Notes: a model not told the origin generated them from the letters alone. Positions 26,481 to 36,347 are shown, numbered from the stretch's first letter. The stretch is DNA of 63,150 nucleotides from a virus (IMGVR_UViG_3300049928_000025:1-63150); one strand, 5' to 3'. Made by a program: numbers and translations.

Positions 26481-27179
26481 TCAGAAGGCCTCGTCGAACT
26501 CGATTGATGGTGAGCCGAATTTATTCATGGACAAGTTCAGTTGCCCCGTGTCGTCAGACGCCATGCGCATCCGGCAACGCGGGAAATCGAAATCCATGAT
26601 CGTACCGGCCGGGTAGGCGGCTCGGAGCCACGGCCCGATCCGCACGATCCAAGTCGCACCGCTCTCGAGCCCGAGGACGTCGTCGATCTGGTGCAGCCGG
26701 TTGTCCGGCGGGGAGAACCGCATGCCGGGCAGGGGGGTCAGCCCGGCCGGGATCGTCAGCGCGATCTGCGTCGCATTGAGCGGGGCATCCGCGGCCAGAA
26801 CCGCGCCGGTATAGGCTTGGTGATGGCCCGTCCCGTCCGAGAACGGCGCGCCATCCGAGTGCGGGACGCCGGCGATGCCGCACGGCACGATGCCGGCCCG
26901 ATGCGCCGGGCCGCGCCCATCCTGGCAGGGCACGATGATGACGGAGGCGCGACCCCCGGCTCTCATGGATCGATAGGCCAGCACGAGGTTCTGACGCTCC
27001 GCGGGCCCGTGACGTCGATCCGCTATCGGTATGGTGACGGACGCCCTCCACCGCGCGGTCGGCGACACCAGGATCTGCTCGGCGCCCGTGAACGACTGCC
27101 CGCCGGAGCGCGAGGTGCCGACAGGCTCGAACATCGCGCTCGAGAAACGCAGCCCAGGAGGCCAGGGGCGATCAGCCAT
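26481..27179 (-). CDS. Minor tail protein (distal-tail-like)
   Basis: SGGQSFTG.EQ....ARWRA; tail module. Confidence 0.7.
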   Translation of the reverse strand: MADRPWPPGLRFSSAMFEPVGTSRSGGQSFTGAEQILVSPTARWRASVTIPIADRRHGPAERQNLVLAYRSMRAGGRASVIIVPCQDGRGPAHRAGIVPCGIAGVPHSDGAPFSDGTGHHQAYTGAVLAADAPLNATQIALTIPAGLTPLPGMRFSPPDNRLHQIDDVLGLESGATWIVRIGPWLRAAYPAGTIMDFDFPRCRMRMASDDTGQLNLSMNKFGSPSIEFDEAF

Positions 27180-29278
27180 CAGGTCACCGTCACCGTGATC
27201 GGGCCAGCGGTCGACGAGGCATCGCCGAACCCTGAGCGGTTGAAGGCGCGCACCCAGTAGCGATAGGTGCCGGTCGGGCGCGGGTCGGACCAGTCGAAAG
27301 CCTGGGAGGCCGAGCCGTTGAAGGTGCGGATTGCGGTCGCCTGGGCGAAGTCGGCCGAGGTGCCGCGGTAGAGGCGGGCAAAGCCAAAGTTCGGGCTGTT
27401 CGGCGCGGTGAACGCGCCGGTGGCTTGCCCGGCGCTGCCGTTGGCGACAAAGCCGTCCGGTGGGCCGGGGGGCGTGGTGTCGGCGGTCGCGGTGATGGGC
27501 GACGGGGTGGCTGGTGTGTAGTTGCTGACCTGCGACCGGCCGAAGTTGCTGACCGCCCCCTCCACCTCGTACTGAGCGCCGTCGGTCAGGACGCTCGAGA
27601 CGACCGACCAGGGGTCGCCGGTGTCTGCCGCCATGTCAATCCAGGTGGCATCCCCGACGATCCGGTAGCGACCGACCAGCGACCGGTCCGGCCTGTCCTC
27701 CGGCACGGCGCTCAGGCGTAGGAACGTCGCGTTGATGTCGCCTGAGACCGCTCGCCGCTCGATGGTCACCGTCAGGCCGGTCGGCGGGTCCGGCGGCGAG
27801 GCCGCCGCCGAGGCGCCCGGCAGGGTCGGCTCCAGCCCCTCGTCGGTCTGCGCGTTGAAGGCGTAGACCTCGGGCCCGGTGGATGTGAGCTCGAAGCTGC
27901 AACGGGCGCCGTCGCTGGAGATGACCGGACGTGACACCGTGTAGGCGCCGTTGAGGATCGGGTAGCGGGTCAGCTGTAGATTGATGACATCCTCGAACAC
28001 CGCCGGCAGACCACCGCGCCCGGTCACGAGGGAAACCCGCCACCGCGGGTTCTTCTTGCGGTAGTAGATCCACGCGAGCCGGCGCAGTTGGTTGTGAAGC
28101 TGCACCCACGAGCAAGGGAATTCGGCTTCCAGCGTATCGCCCGCCTCGGCTTGAGCATCGAGATCATCAAGGGGATCACCCTCAATCATCTCCCAGCCGT
28201 GCGGCGCGGACACGAAGCTCGTCTTCAATCGATTGAAGGTCGCGCGCTTCCCGCTCCCGGCTTCGATCGAAATGGATATGATGTCCGGATCAGTTAGAGT
28301 CACCTCGGGGACAACGTAACGGCCGCCCCGAATGCCAATTTTTCCGGCAGGCGTCAGGTAAAGGTCGGCGTCCGAGGCCTGCAACATGCCCTGGAGGTCA
28401 TCGGCCGGGTCTTTGGTCAGGTCGCAGACGCCGCCTAGGTAGTAGCGCGGGAACTGGCGCCCGTCCTTCGTCGTGATCGTCTCGCTGTCGACGTTGGCCT
28501 TGGCGATGAACGAGGCGTCGTCGATCAGCGCCTCGGGCACCTTGAAACCCCACTGTCGATCGATCAGCCTGTCGCGGATGCAGAGCGCAGCGATCGGCGA
28601 GTATTGCCAGGTCGTCGGATCGCTGGTCTGGGCTGGGTCACGGATGTCTCGCACAAGGCTGCCTTCGATCAAGGCTTTAGTACTCGGAAAGGTGCCGCTC
28701 GGATAGTATTTCTTAAAGTATTTTGCTGGCTCCAGCGGCATCGCCGCGCGCATGACGAGATAGGCACAGCCATCAAGACGGTGATGTCCGTCCCAGTATC
28801 CAAGCTCCGATAGGATCGGTGAAACAGCCTGGGGCGCAGTGCCGAGATGTCCTTCTAGGGTAACGAGGTTCTGCCACGGCGCGACGCCCGCGATGCCGCC
28901 GAGCGAGCCGCCTGGGAGTGCAGTCTTGATGTCGTTGCAATGGTACTCCACGAACCGGTTGATCGGCCCCTCGCAAAGGTAGACCCCTGTGTAGAAGCGC
29001 CCGCCGGCCGTATCCCGAGCCACGAAGCCGCCTGAGAGCATCGTGCTCCCATAGACTTTGCGGCGGGCGAACAGCGCCTGCTTGAACGATAGCTGCTGAC
29101 TGGCAAGCCGCTGCTTCTGGTCCGGCGCCGTGAGAGTCTGGATCGCAAGGCTGGTGCCCAGGATCACCGCCGAGCCGATCGCGGCGTTGACCGTCAGCGT
29201 GCCGACAATCGCGGTTGTGCCAACGGCCGCCTCAACAGTAAGTGCCGACAAGATGGCCGCGCCGATCGTCTCAGGCAC
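27179..29278 (-). CDS. Tail tip/hub protein with FN3-like domains
   Basis: R.VYG...SG, LCEGPI, TWQYS..ALC, PPDPPTGL. Confidence 0.8.
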   Translation of the reverse strand: MPETIGAAILSALTVEAAVGTTAIVGTLTVNAAIGSAVILGTSLAIQTLTAPDQKQRLASQQLSFKQALFARRKVYGSTMLSGGFVARDTAGGRFYTGVYLCEGPINRFVEYHCNDIKTALPGGSLGGIAGVAPWQNLVTLEGHLGTAPQAVSPILSELGYWDGHHRLDGCAYLVMRAAMPLEPAKYFKKYYPSGTFPSTKALIEGSLVRDIRDPAQTSDPTTWQYSPIAALCIRDRLIDRQWGFKVPEALIDDASFIAKANVDSETITTKDGRQFPRYYLGGVCDLTKDPADDLQGMLQASDADLYLTPAGKIGIRGGRYVVPEVTLTDPDIISISIEAGSGKRATFNRLKTSFVSAPHGWEMIEGDPLDDLDAQAEAGDTLEAEFPCSWVQLHNQLRRLAWIYYRKKNPRWRVSLVTGRGGLPAVFEDVINLQLTRYPILNGAYTVSRPVISSDGARCSFELTSTGPEVYAFNAQTDEGLEPTLPGASAAASPPDPPTGLTVTIERRAVSGDINATFLRLSAVPEDRPDRSLVGRYRIVGDATWIDMAADTGDPWSVVSSVLTDGAQYEVEGAVSNFGRSQVSNYTPATPSPITATADTTPPGPPDGFVANGSAGQATGAFTAPNSPNFGFARLYRGTSADFAQATAIRTFNGSASQAFDWSDPRPTGTYRYWVRAFNRSGFGDASSTAGPITVTVT

Positions 29279-29666
29279 GCGCGATGCTCCAGGCTACCAA
29301 CATCGGGAAATCCTCAATGATCACGCCGCCGCGGGTCTTGGCGGCCCAAGCGCCGCCGGTGCGGATCGCCGCGACCGGTCGACCGAGCGCGTCGCGGACC
29401 ACGCCGACATCGCCGTCGCGCGGCTCAGTGGTCGTTGCGAAGCCGCTCCACCCCATGCAGATCCGCCACATTCCTTCGAAGGAGCCGAAGCGGCGGATCT
29501 GGCGCGCCGCGGTGCGCGCGTCGCCGTAGGAGCCGCGCAGAGCCGCGGCCGGGTCGATCCCGGCTGCCGCGAGCACCCAATCCGCGACCCACATGCAGCA
29601 ATCGGCATCAGGGCGACGGAAAGGCTCGCGCATGCCCTGCTCGAGATGCGTCAGGAGGCAGGCCAC
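29271..29666 (-). CDS. NlpC/P60-like tail assembly protein
   Basis: F....DCC.WVADW....GIDP...RG.Y..GDVG. Confidence 0.75.
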   Translation of the reverse strand: MACLLTHLEQGMREPFRRPDADCCMWVADWVLAAAGIDPAAALRGSYGDARTAARQIRRFGSFEGMWRICMGWSGFATTTEPRDGDVGVVRDALGRPVAAIRTGGAWAAKTRGGVIIEDFPMLVAWSIARA

Positions 29667-30238
29667 GTCGGGTCCCGCGAGACGAGGGCTGCGATCTCGG
29701 CCGCGCCGGTGTCGCCCGGGTGCAGGCGCTTCTGCGAGCCATCGTTCAGGTAGCCGAAGGGCGGCCGGCGGCGGTTGCTGAGCAGGGTGACGAGGGTCAC
29801 GGTGATGGTCGCCTTGGCCCCTTCGTCGAGCAGCACCATGCGGTCCATGACGCCGGAGTGGATCGCGAAAGGGCCGTCGAGGCGCGTCCAGTCCTCGGCG
29901 TACATCTGCTCGAAAATCCGGCAGGGGCGGCCTTTCACCTCCGACGCGGAGGCGAGTGCCCGGCCGACCAGATCGGGGTCGATCCCGGACAGGGTGAGCG
30001 AGGGGCCGTCGCCGCCCGGCACAAGCGACCGGTCGATGTCCGAGATCTGCCCGAGCGTGCCGATGCCGTCCCAGGTCACCAGCGGCCCGTTCGGGTTATC
30101 CGGATCCTGGGTCGCGATCGGACCGTGGCCCTGGTGAAGGCGCTTCGTCACGGAGGCGAAATCGAGTTGCACGAGGCGGGCAGCGCGGACCGTCTCTCCG
30201 CGCTGGAGCGCGGCGAGGGTGGCGGGCATCCGGGGCAT
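29651..30238 (-). CDS. Minor tail protein
   Basis: W.GIG.LG.I..LTLSG..G.MD..Q...PGD.G. Confidence 0.75.
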   Translation of the reverse strand: MPRMPATLAALQRGETVRAARLVQLDFASVTKRLHQGHGPIATQDPDNPNGPLVTWDGIGTLGQISDIDRSLVPGGDGPSLTLSGIDPDLVGRALASASEVKGRPCRIFEQMYAEDWTRLDGPFAIHSGVMDRMVLLDEGAKATITVTLVTLLSNRRRPPFGYLNDGSQKRLHPGDTGAAEIAALVSRDPTWPAS

Positions 30239-30241
30239 GGA

Positions 30242-33200
30242 TCAGTTGTTCTCCCGCCAGGTGGCGAGCTGCTGGCCGATGGTGCGGCGGTTCTCGGCGT
30301 TGCTCGCGGCGAGCATGGCCTGCAGCTCCGCCGTCGTGGCGCCGGGCTGCGGGGCGTTCAGGACCGTGTCGCCGATGCTGACGTTGATCGGACCCCGTGC
30401 GGCACCGGCGGGCCGCGCCATCGCCGGCACCGGCATCGCTCCCACCATTGGTGTGACGGCGCCGCCGCCCGCGAAGCGCCGGATCCGCCCGGAGTTGATC
30501 GCGTCCAGCAACTCGGGGTGCTGCTGCGCTGCCCGAGCGTTGACCACGAACTCACCGGTCGAGAGCATCGCCGGGATGCTGTCCGACGTCGATGTGCCGG
30601 CTCCGACGATCCGGCCGCCGGTCGCCGCCTTGACTGGGCTGCCCCCGAAGATGCCGGAGAGAAAATTGCCGGCCTTGGCGAGGAAGTCGCCCCCGCTGTT
30701 GCTCGTGCCGCCGCCGAACAGTCCGTTCAGGACGCTGTCGATGGCGCGGTCGCCGAGCTTCGACAGCAGGCCGGTCAACTGGTTCTGGAAGGCTTGGGCG
30801 AGCGTCGCGCCGCGTTGCAGGTCGTTGTTGATGCCCTTCAGGAAGGAGCCGGTGTCGGCCTTCTGGGTGGTGAGGTCGCGCAGGTCTTGCAGCTGCCCGT
30901 AGGCCTTGTTGAACTCGTCCGTGCCTTCGGCGCCGAAGCGGCGGGCGGTGAGGTAGTCTTGCTGCTCACCCGACGTGCGACCAAGGGCGCCGTACTGGTC
31001 GCGCAGGTCGAGGCTGAATTGCGACTGCTGCCGCCCTTTCACCGCCGCCGCCTCGGCATCGACCAGCTTCAGGAACGCGGCACGCTGCGCTTCAAGCTCT
31101 GGCGTCAACTTCTTGTTGCTGCCGGTCAGGAGTTCAGTTGCATTCGCAAACTCCCTGCTGATATCGCCCTGCTGTTTCCGGTCCTCTGCCAGGAGCCGCT
31201 CGGCGGCCTGAAGCCGTTCTGTTTCGGTGACGGACTTGCCGATTTCGGCAGTCTGAAGCTGGGTCTGGCGTATGCGCTCCTGCGCGGCCTGCCCGGCCGG
31301 GCCGGACCCGGTCGCCCTGAACGTCCCGTAGTTCAAGATGTCCTGCACGGTCGCGTTGCCGCGCTTGAAGACCTCCGGGTTGGACGCGGCCGCGCTAGGC
31401 AGCACACCTGCTGCGTTTGCTGATGGGTCGGCGCGCAGGATGCTCACCGCGCCCTGGGCGCCGAGAAAGTGCGCGAGGTGGAGGTTCCGCAGCGATGCTT
31501 CGAACCCCGCATCCTGGAGTTTCACAGCGTTCTGGCGACCAAGTTCGCCGATCGCCTCCCGGTTCAGTTCCGGATCCGTGCGCAGCGCCAGGATGCGCTT
31601 ACGGCTCTCGGCGGTCTCGGCCGCGCCGAGTGTGCCGTAGAGTTGAGGGCGAATTTTCTGGATGACGTCGAGCCATGTGCTCTCGATGAACTGGCCAAGG
31701 CCGGTCGCGGTGGAGCGCGGGTTGCGGGCGGTTGGGTCGCCTCCCGACTCCGGCTTGATGATAGAGTCGATGTAGCCCGCCGGCAGCGTGGTCGAGTTAA
31801 CGGCCTGCTTGCGAGTCTCCTCGCTAAACCCAGCGACCGCCTTGGCCCTGTTCTCCTCGTTCGTCTTAAGAGCCTGGGTGAGATTGGCCGCATCGGTCGT
31901 CTTGGTGATGTTGATGCGCAGTTCGTCGAACTGGCGGTTCACTTCAGCTAGGCCGCGAGCGTAGGGCGACAAGCCTGCTACGGCCTTCTGGAAATCGGCC
32001 GCGCGGATCGCCGCCGCGGCGGCGGCGCCCCCAGCCACGTATTCCTGCCGGAGGAGAGTTAGGCGCTCCTTGAGGGCATCCACCGACGCTTGAGCCTGCT
32101 CGGCGTTGTCCAGCATCCCGAGGGCGCGGTTGCTCTTCGTCGTGTCGTCCAGCGCCTTGATGCGCTTCGCAAGGTCGTCGATCGCCTCGCCCTCGGCGTT
32201 GTAGGCGCGGGCGGTGTCGCCGGCGATGATCGACCGCTCGCGTGCGATGGCATTCTCGGTGTCGTTGAAGCCCTGCGCGCCCTGACGACGGCGCTGTTCG
32301 TTCAAGTCCTCCGCCTGCGCCGTCGCGTCGCCGAGGGCTTTCGCGAGCGCCTTCGTGTCGTCCACCGCGCCCGGCGCGATCGGGTTCACCTCCTGGCGGA
32401 TTTGCGCCTCGGAGAGGCCCCGGTCGCGCAGCTCGGCGACATAGCTCTGATCGCTCGGATTGACGTTGCCGGACTGCTGCGCAGCGGTAGCCGCCGCCGC
32501 GCGCCGCCGCTCGGTTTCCTGCACCCGATCGTCGATCGTGCCGCCAGTGGTTGCCCGGACCACTGCCTTGCCTGCCGCGTCGGCTGCGGCCTCAACCGAA
32601 TTCCAGGCGCGGGCCCACAAGGAGGTCTTCGAGGCGGCGCGATCAAGCTCTGGCTGGGCCAGCTGAGCGAGCGTGCGGATAGCGCCCTGCCTATCACCTT
32701 GAGCGACCAATGTCCGAATGTACTGGCGCGTCCGATCATCAAGAATGCCAAGCCGGGAGTTCAGTTCATCGGCGCCCTTCGCAGGATCAGAAAAAATCTT
32801 AGCGAGGTCCGTGCCTGCCTCTGCCATATCCTTGCCGAACAGCTTCGCATATCCCGGAACTAGGTTCAGCACGTCCGGGATGTTCGAGGCGTCTACCTTG
32901 CCTGTTGCAGCGATCGCGGTGGCGGCCTCGCGGGCGGCACTTGCTGTGATGCGCCCGGACGAGGCCGCCGCTGCGGAAATCTCGTTGATCTGCCTGACGG
33001 TCGCGCCAGAGGCCTTACCCACGCCCATCAGGCCAGCCTCAATCTTCTCCTGCGCATTGTCCCAGCGCACGCCGAGAAGCACAGCGGCCGTTCCGATGCC
33101 GGCGACGCCGCCGACGACAAGCCGCGCGGGCGTGAGCAGGGCGAGGAAGCGGTCTTTCAGATCGCCAAGGGCCCCGCTGACACCTCCGCGAGCCCCCGCG

Positions 33201-33508
33201 AGAGCCTCGTAAATTTGGCCCGACTGCTGGGCGATGACCTGGAGCACCGATGCCCCGCTGCCCAGCGACGTACCAACGTCAATCGCCTGCGAGCGCAGAT
33301 TGCCGATCTGGTCCGGTCGGAGCGCGCGGCGGTTGGCTTCGTCAGCGGCTGAGACAGCGCGCTCAATTGCCTTTGCGGCTCGCTCGGCGGAGCGGGCGCC
33401 ATCGCGGCCGAAGTCAGCTACCTTCTGGCCCGCGCGATCAAGGCCCCTCTCTAGACCGGAGAGGTCGGCTTCGACGCGTTGGACGAGAGGGGGGAGATCA
33501 TTTGCCAT
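30242..33508 (-). CDS. Tape measure protein with lytic transglycosylase-like domain
   Basis: 1088 aa, Ala-rich; ESGGDPTARNPRSTATGLGQF..STW; TSDSIPAMLS.GEFVV. Confidence 0.92.
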   Translation of the reverse strand: MANDLPPLVQRVEADLSGLERGLDRAGQKVADFGRDGARSAERAAKAIERAVSAADEANRRALRPDQIGNLRSQAIDVGTSLGSGASVLQVIAQQSGQIYEALAGARGGVSGALGDLKDRFLALLTPARLVVGGVAGIGTAAVLLGVRWDNAQEKIEAGLMGVGKASGATVRQINEISAAAASSGRITASAAREAATAIAATGKVDASNIPDVLNLVPGYAKLFGKDMAEAGTDLAKIFSDPAKGADELNSRLGILDDRTRQYIRTLVAQGDRQGAIRTLAQLAQPELDRAASKTSLWARAWNSVEAAADAAGKAVVRATTGGTIDDRVQETERRRAAAATAAQQSGNVNPSDQSYVAELRDRGLSEAQIRQEVNPIAPGAVDDTKALAKALGDATAQAEDLNEQRRRQGAQGFNDTENAIARERSIIAGDTARAYNAEGEAIDDLAKRIKALDDTTKSNRALGMLDNAEQAQASVDALKERLTLLRQEYVAGGAAAAAAIRAADFQKAVAGLSPYARGLAEVNRQFDELRINITKTTDAANLTQALKTNEENRAKAVAGFSEETRKQAVNSTTLPAGYIDSIIKPESGGDPTARNPRSTATGLGQFIESTWLDVIQKIRPQLYGTLGAAETAESRKRILALRTDPELNREAIGELGRQNAVKLQDAGFEASLRNLHLAHFLGAQGAVSILRADPSANAAGVLPSAAASNPEVFKRGNATVQDILNYGTFRATGSGPAGQAAQERIRQTQLQTAEIGKSVTETERLQAAERLLAEDRKQQGDISREFANATELLTGSNKKLTPELEAQRAAFLKLVDAEAAAVKGRQQSQFSLDLRDQYGALGRTSGEQQDYLTARRFGAEGTDEFNKAYGQLQDLRDLTTQKADTGSFLKGINNDLQRGATLAQAFQNQLTGLLSKLGDRAIDSVLNGLFGGGTSNSGGDFLAKAGNFLSGIFGGSPVKAATGGRIVGAGTSTSDSIPAMLSTGEFVVNARAAQQHPELLDAINSGRIRRFAGGGAVTPMVGAMPVPAMARPAGAARGPINVSIGDTVLNAPQPGATTAELQAMLAASNAENRRTIGQQLATWRENN

Positions 33509-33519
33509 GGAGCTTCGCT

Positions 33520-33921
33520 TTGTTCAAGCATAAGGTACAAGCATTCGCATGCTTAATTTCGGTGCCGCTTTTCTATTCGTCTCCAACCGTAGCGCTGGAA
33601 GGCAGATACAGGGGGACTAGCGAAGGAGGGCAGCGGTTCTTAGTATTGAAGAAAAATGCAGATGGTTACGCAGGCGAATTTGCGACTGGTGGACCCCGAT
33701 CATTTCCGTGCGCAGGGCAGGTAAGGGGCCAATCAGAAAGCAGAGGATCTACTTTATTATTTAAAATTTGGGACAAGGATAATCCAGATAGCTATTGTAT
33801 AATAACCGTCTCCCCCACAAAGGATGGCGTTGATGTCCATGAAGAGCAGGGTTGTCTTCACTATCACGGAGCAAGCTGTGATTTTTCTGGCAAATTAAGG
33901 AAGGCCAGCTCAGGCAGGTAA
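33520..33921 (+). CDS. AT-rich moron, probable exported Cys-containing protein (TTG start uncertain)
   Basis: Opposite strand, AT-rich, signal-like N-terminus, C..YHGASCDFSG. Confidence 0.6.
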   Translation: MFKHKVQAFACLISVPLFYSSPTVALEGRYRGTSEGGQRFLVLKKNADGYAGEFATGGPRSFPCAGQVRGQSESRGSTLLFKIWDKDNPDSYCIITVSPTKDGVDVHEEQGCLHYHGASCDFSGKLRKASSGR

Positions 33922-34020
33922 ATCGGCCCAAATTACTCTGACCGAGCGTGTGCTTTCGGCGCTACAGCCGAGGGCCGCGCGACGCACGAGTATCGCTGCC
34001 CACGGGGAGGATCAGCGATA

Positions 34021-34425
34021 ATGTACCGCCTACCATTGGTCGCCATTCTGCTGCTTGCAACAACGGCTTGCACTTCAGGTATCAGTTACGTCTTGGACAA
34101 CTACAAAGGCGTCGAAAAACAAGAAATTTTTGTCGAGGGTGACGACACTTACCGTGTGTTCGATAAGCCCGCAGCTGGGCGCATGATGGTTACGTCCAGC
34201 TTAGGGGCCGCGGCTGGTCAGGGCGCCCTCAAAGGGCTAACCCTCGGCGCCGTGGAAAGCGCTCCGCCGAAGCCGCGATTTCAGAAAGCGGCCGAAACGT
34301 TTCTTGTCTCGACTGGCCGTTCTGAATGCCGGATCACCGATGGCTACCTGCTCGTGAACCCGCAGTGGGAGTTCACATACGACTGCTCGAAGCCGGTACC
34401 GAAGCTGGTGGCGCGTCGCCGATAG
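34021..34425 (+). CDS. Lipoprotein moron
   Basis: Signal with LLLATTAC lipobox-like end; GGGAGG RBS. Confidence 0.8.
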   Translation: MYRLPLVAILLLATTACTSGISYVLDNYKGVEKQEIFVEGDDTYRVFDKPAAGRMMVTSSLGAAAGQGALKGLTLGAVESAPPKPRFQKAAETFLVSTGRSECRITDGYLLVNPQWEFTYDCSKPVPKLVARRR

Positions 34426-34437
34426 GCGCGGAAATCA

Positions 34438-34465
34438 CCCAGCAGGGCGCCTCAGCCCTGCTGGG
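34438..34465. terminator. Strong hairpin between convergent units
   Basis: CCCAGCAGGGC-GCCTCA-GCCCTGCTGGG perfect 11-bp stem. Confidence 0.7.
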
Positions 34466-34472
34466 GCGGTTT

Positions 34473-34623
34473 GTAACCATCCCCGCAGGTGCGGGGAACG
34501 CTTCGGCGAACTCGGGCTCACCAAGGCTCGGCTCGGTTCATCCCCGCGAGAGCGGGGGACATCGTAGGTATTCCTCGGCGGCGGCCTGCCGCTCCGGTTC
34601 ATCCCCGCCACCGCGCGGAACGC
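34473..34623 (-). CRISPR. Type I-E-like mini-array: three 29-bp repeats, two 32-bp spacers, no cas genes
   Basis: Repeats start at 34473, 34534 and 34595 (61-bp period); - strand GCGTTCCGCGCGGTGGCGGGGATGAACCG, ATGTCCCCCGCTCTCGCGGGGATGAACCG, GCGTTCCCCGCACCTGCGGGGATGGTTAC. Confidence 0.9.
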
Positions 34624-34640
34624 TTCTTCCAGAGTCCATC

Positions 34641-34814
34641 CTAGGGGATGGGATTTCCAGAGGGCAAGGGATCTGCGGGCTTGGCCCATTCGATCCCGAG
34701 TTCATCGGCGAGACTCTTGGCGGCAGCCTCGCCCCAGATCTCTTTGGCCTCCTCGACCAGGGCCAGCTTCTCCTTGAAGGGGAGGCTGCTCGCCTCATTG
34801 TCGGCCTCAGCCAT
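34641..34814 (-). CDS. 57-aa acidic protein directly upstream of mini-array
   Basis: MAEADNEASSLPFKEKLALVEEAKEIWGEAAAKSLADELGIEWAKPADPLPSGNPIP; overlaps rha stop. Confidence 0.65.
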   Translation of the reverse strand: MAEADNEASSLPFKEKLALVEEAKEIWGEAAAKSLADELGIEWAKPADPLPSGNPIP

Positions 34815-35625
34815 GGATCGTTTCCGGCCTGGCGATGTCTGCCTTCAGTTTCGCCACGATGCCGGACGCCCACCGTAGCTGCCGCACCGGAGTGCCGTCG
34901 CCATGGCTCTTGCTGGTGTCCTGCATCACGCCGCCAGCTTCGCGTCCGAGATCGGTCACCTCGTAGTAGAGCCGATCCTTGGCGTCGCGCAGGGCGACCT
35001 GATAGCCGAATTGGACAAGGTAGCGGTTCACCTCCTGGGCGCTGTAGTCGCCGAGGCGCTTGCCGATGTCCGTGCAGTTCAGCAGCGGCTCGTTCTGCGG
35101 CGCGGTCACGTGGGTGATGCCCATGGCGCTGAGCGGATCGACGCCGCACATCGCCTTGGTCGCGCGGTTCGCAGCCAGAACCGCTTGGTTGCCCTCCAGC
35201 TTCAGCATCTTGGCGATGCCGAGATGGTGCTTGAAGGTCAGGCGCGCCTCACGGGGATCGGGACCGATGCGGGCAGGCGCCGGCGCGGCCGTCTGCTCCT
35301 CCAGCTCGAGCCAGCGATCCATGACGGCAGCCCGGAGGGGGATCGAGTAGCCGGTCACCAAGATCATGCACTCGCGCTTCGGGAGGTTGTGGCAGGGCTC
35401 CATCTTGCCGTTCCCAGCCCGGTAGGACGACGCAAAACTGCTCAGTGGCAGGCCAAGCTCCTCCAGCATCACGCGAACGTCGCGCATCACGTCGCTGTGA
35501 CGCTTCTTAGTCCGTTTCGCGATCTCGGTGGTGCACATCGTCAGCGGCATCGCGCTCGCGAGCGTCGCGGTCGGCGTGCTGCCCGTGGTATGGGGTTGTC
35601 CGTTCATCTGGTGCGCTCCTGGCAT
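34807..35625 (-). CDS. rha: Rha family regulator / antirepressor
   Basis: TM.T.EIA..T.KRH..VMRD.R..LPKREC.ILVTGYSI.LR..V.DRW.ELE. Confidence 0.9.
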   Translation of the reverse strand: MPGAHQMNGQPHTTGSTPTATLASAMPLTMCTTEIAKRTKKRHSDVMRDVRVMLEELGLPLSSFASSYRAGNGKMEPCHNLPKRECMILVTGYSIPLRAAVMDRWLELEEQTAAPAPARIGPDPREARLTFKHHLGIAKMLKLEGNQAVLAANRATKAMCGVDPLSAMGITHVTAPQNEPLLNCTDIGKRLGDYSAQEVNRYLVQFGYQVALRDAKDRLYYEVTDLGREAGGVMQDTSKSHGDGTPVRQLRWASGIVAKLKADIARPETIHG

Positions 35626-35714
35626 CCGGTGAGAAGTGCCCTCGGCGTCGGAACCGAGGGGGCGACGTGGCGGCGGGCCCGTGCCCTAGGAAGCTGTGCC
35701 CGCCGCCGGCCTGC

Positions 35715-36113
35715 TCACGCAGGAACCTGAGCCGCCGCGCCGATTAAGTCGCGCAGGAGGCTGGCAAGGAGAACGTCGGCCTGATCCGTCGAGGGCTCGG
35801 ATCGGGCGGTGTCGGCCGCTAGAAGGCGGGCTTTCGCCGTGAGGCCATCTCGGCTGAAGGCCGGCATCTCGCTCACGGCATCGAACAGCGCGTTCAACTC
35901 CTCGCAGTGGGCGTCGAGCGCGGCGTTGCTCCAATTCTCAGCGAGCGCCCGGCTGTTGATCTCGGCCTTGAGACCGATCGCCCGCTCAGCATCGCGGATA
36001 AGCGCCGCATCGGGCGAGGGGAGGGCTGCAGCGGGGCCAGCGAGCGGCAACGCGGCGAGCGCCGCGACCCCTACAAACATGCCCCTTCGTGTGCTATCTT
36101 GGTTCCTAGCCAT
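35715..36113 (-). CDS. Hypothetical protein with twin-arginine-like leader
   Basis: TRRGMFVGVAALAALPLAGPAAA; PA.S.DGL.AKAR. Confidence 0.7.
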   Translation of the reverse strand: MARNQDSTRRGMFVGVAALAALPLAGPAAALPSPDAALIRDAERAIGLKAEINSRALAENWSNAALDAHCEELNALFDAVSEMPAFSRDGLTAKARLLAADTARSEPSTDQADVLLASLLRDLIGAAAQVPA

Positions 36114-36141
36114 CTTCTGTGCCTTCCAGTGCGGGGTGGTC

Positions 36142-36342
36142 TCAGGCCTCGGACGGCGTTGCACCGCTGTCCGAGGCCGTTTTGTTTTCGGCCTCCAAGA
36201 GTCGCTGAAGCATCCAAACAATTTCGCCGTTGGCGCTGCGCATGTTTTTGCGGGCGCGTTCTTTGATCTGTTCGCGCAGCCCATCGGGCATGCGGACGAG
36301 AAAGCGATCAACGTTGTCGCTGGGGTACTTAGGCCGTGCCAT
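36142..36342 (-). CDS. Arc family DNA-binding protein
   Basis: DRFLVRMPDGLREQIK.RA..N.RS.N.EI. Confidence 0.9.
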   Translation of the reverse strand: MARPKYPSDNVDRFLVRMPDGLREQIKERARKNMRSANGEIVWMLQRLLEAENKTASDSGATPSEA

Positions 36343-36347
36343 GGCGC

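Noticed and set aside
34656-34684. Fourth CRISPR repeat at the next 61-bp position
   Set aside because: No similarity to the repeat; lies in the 57-aa ORF
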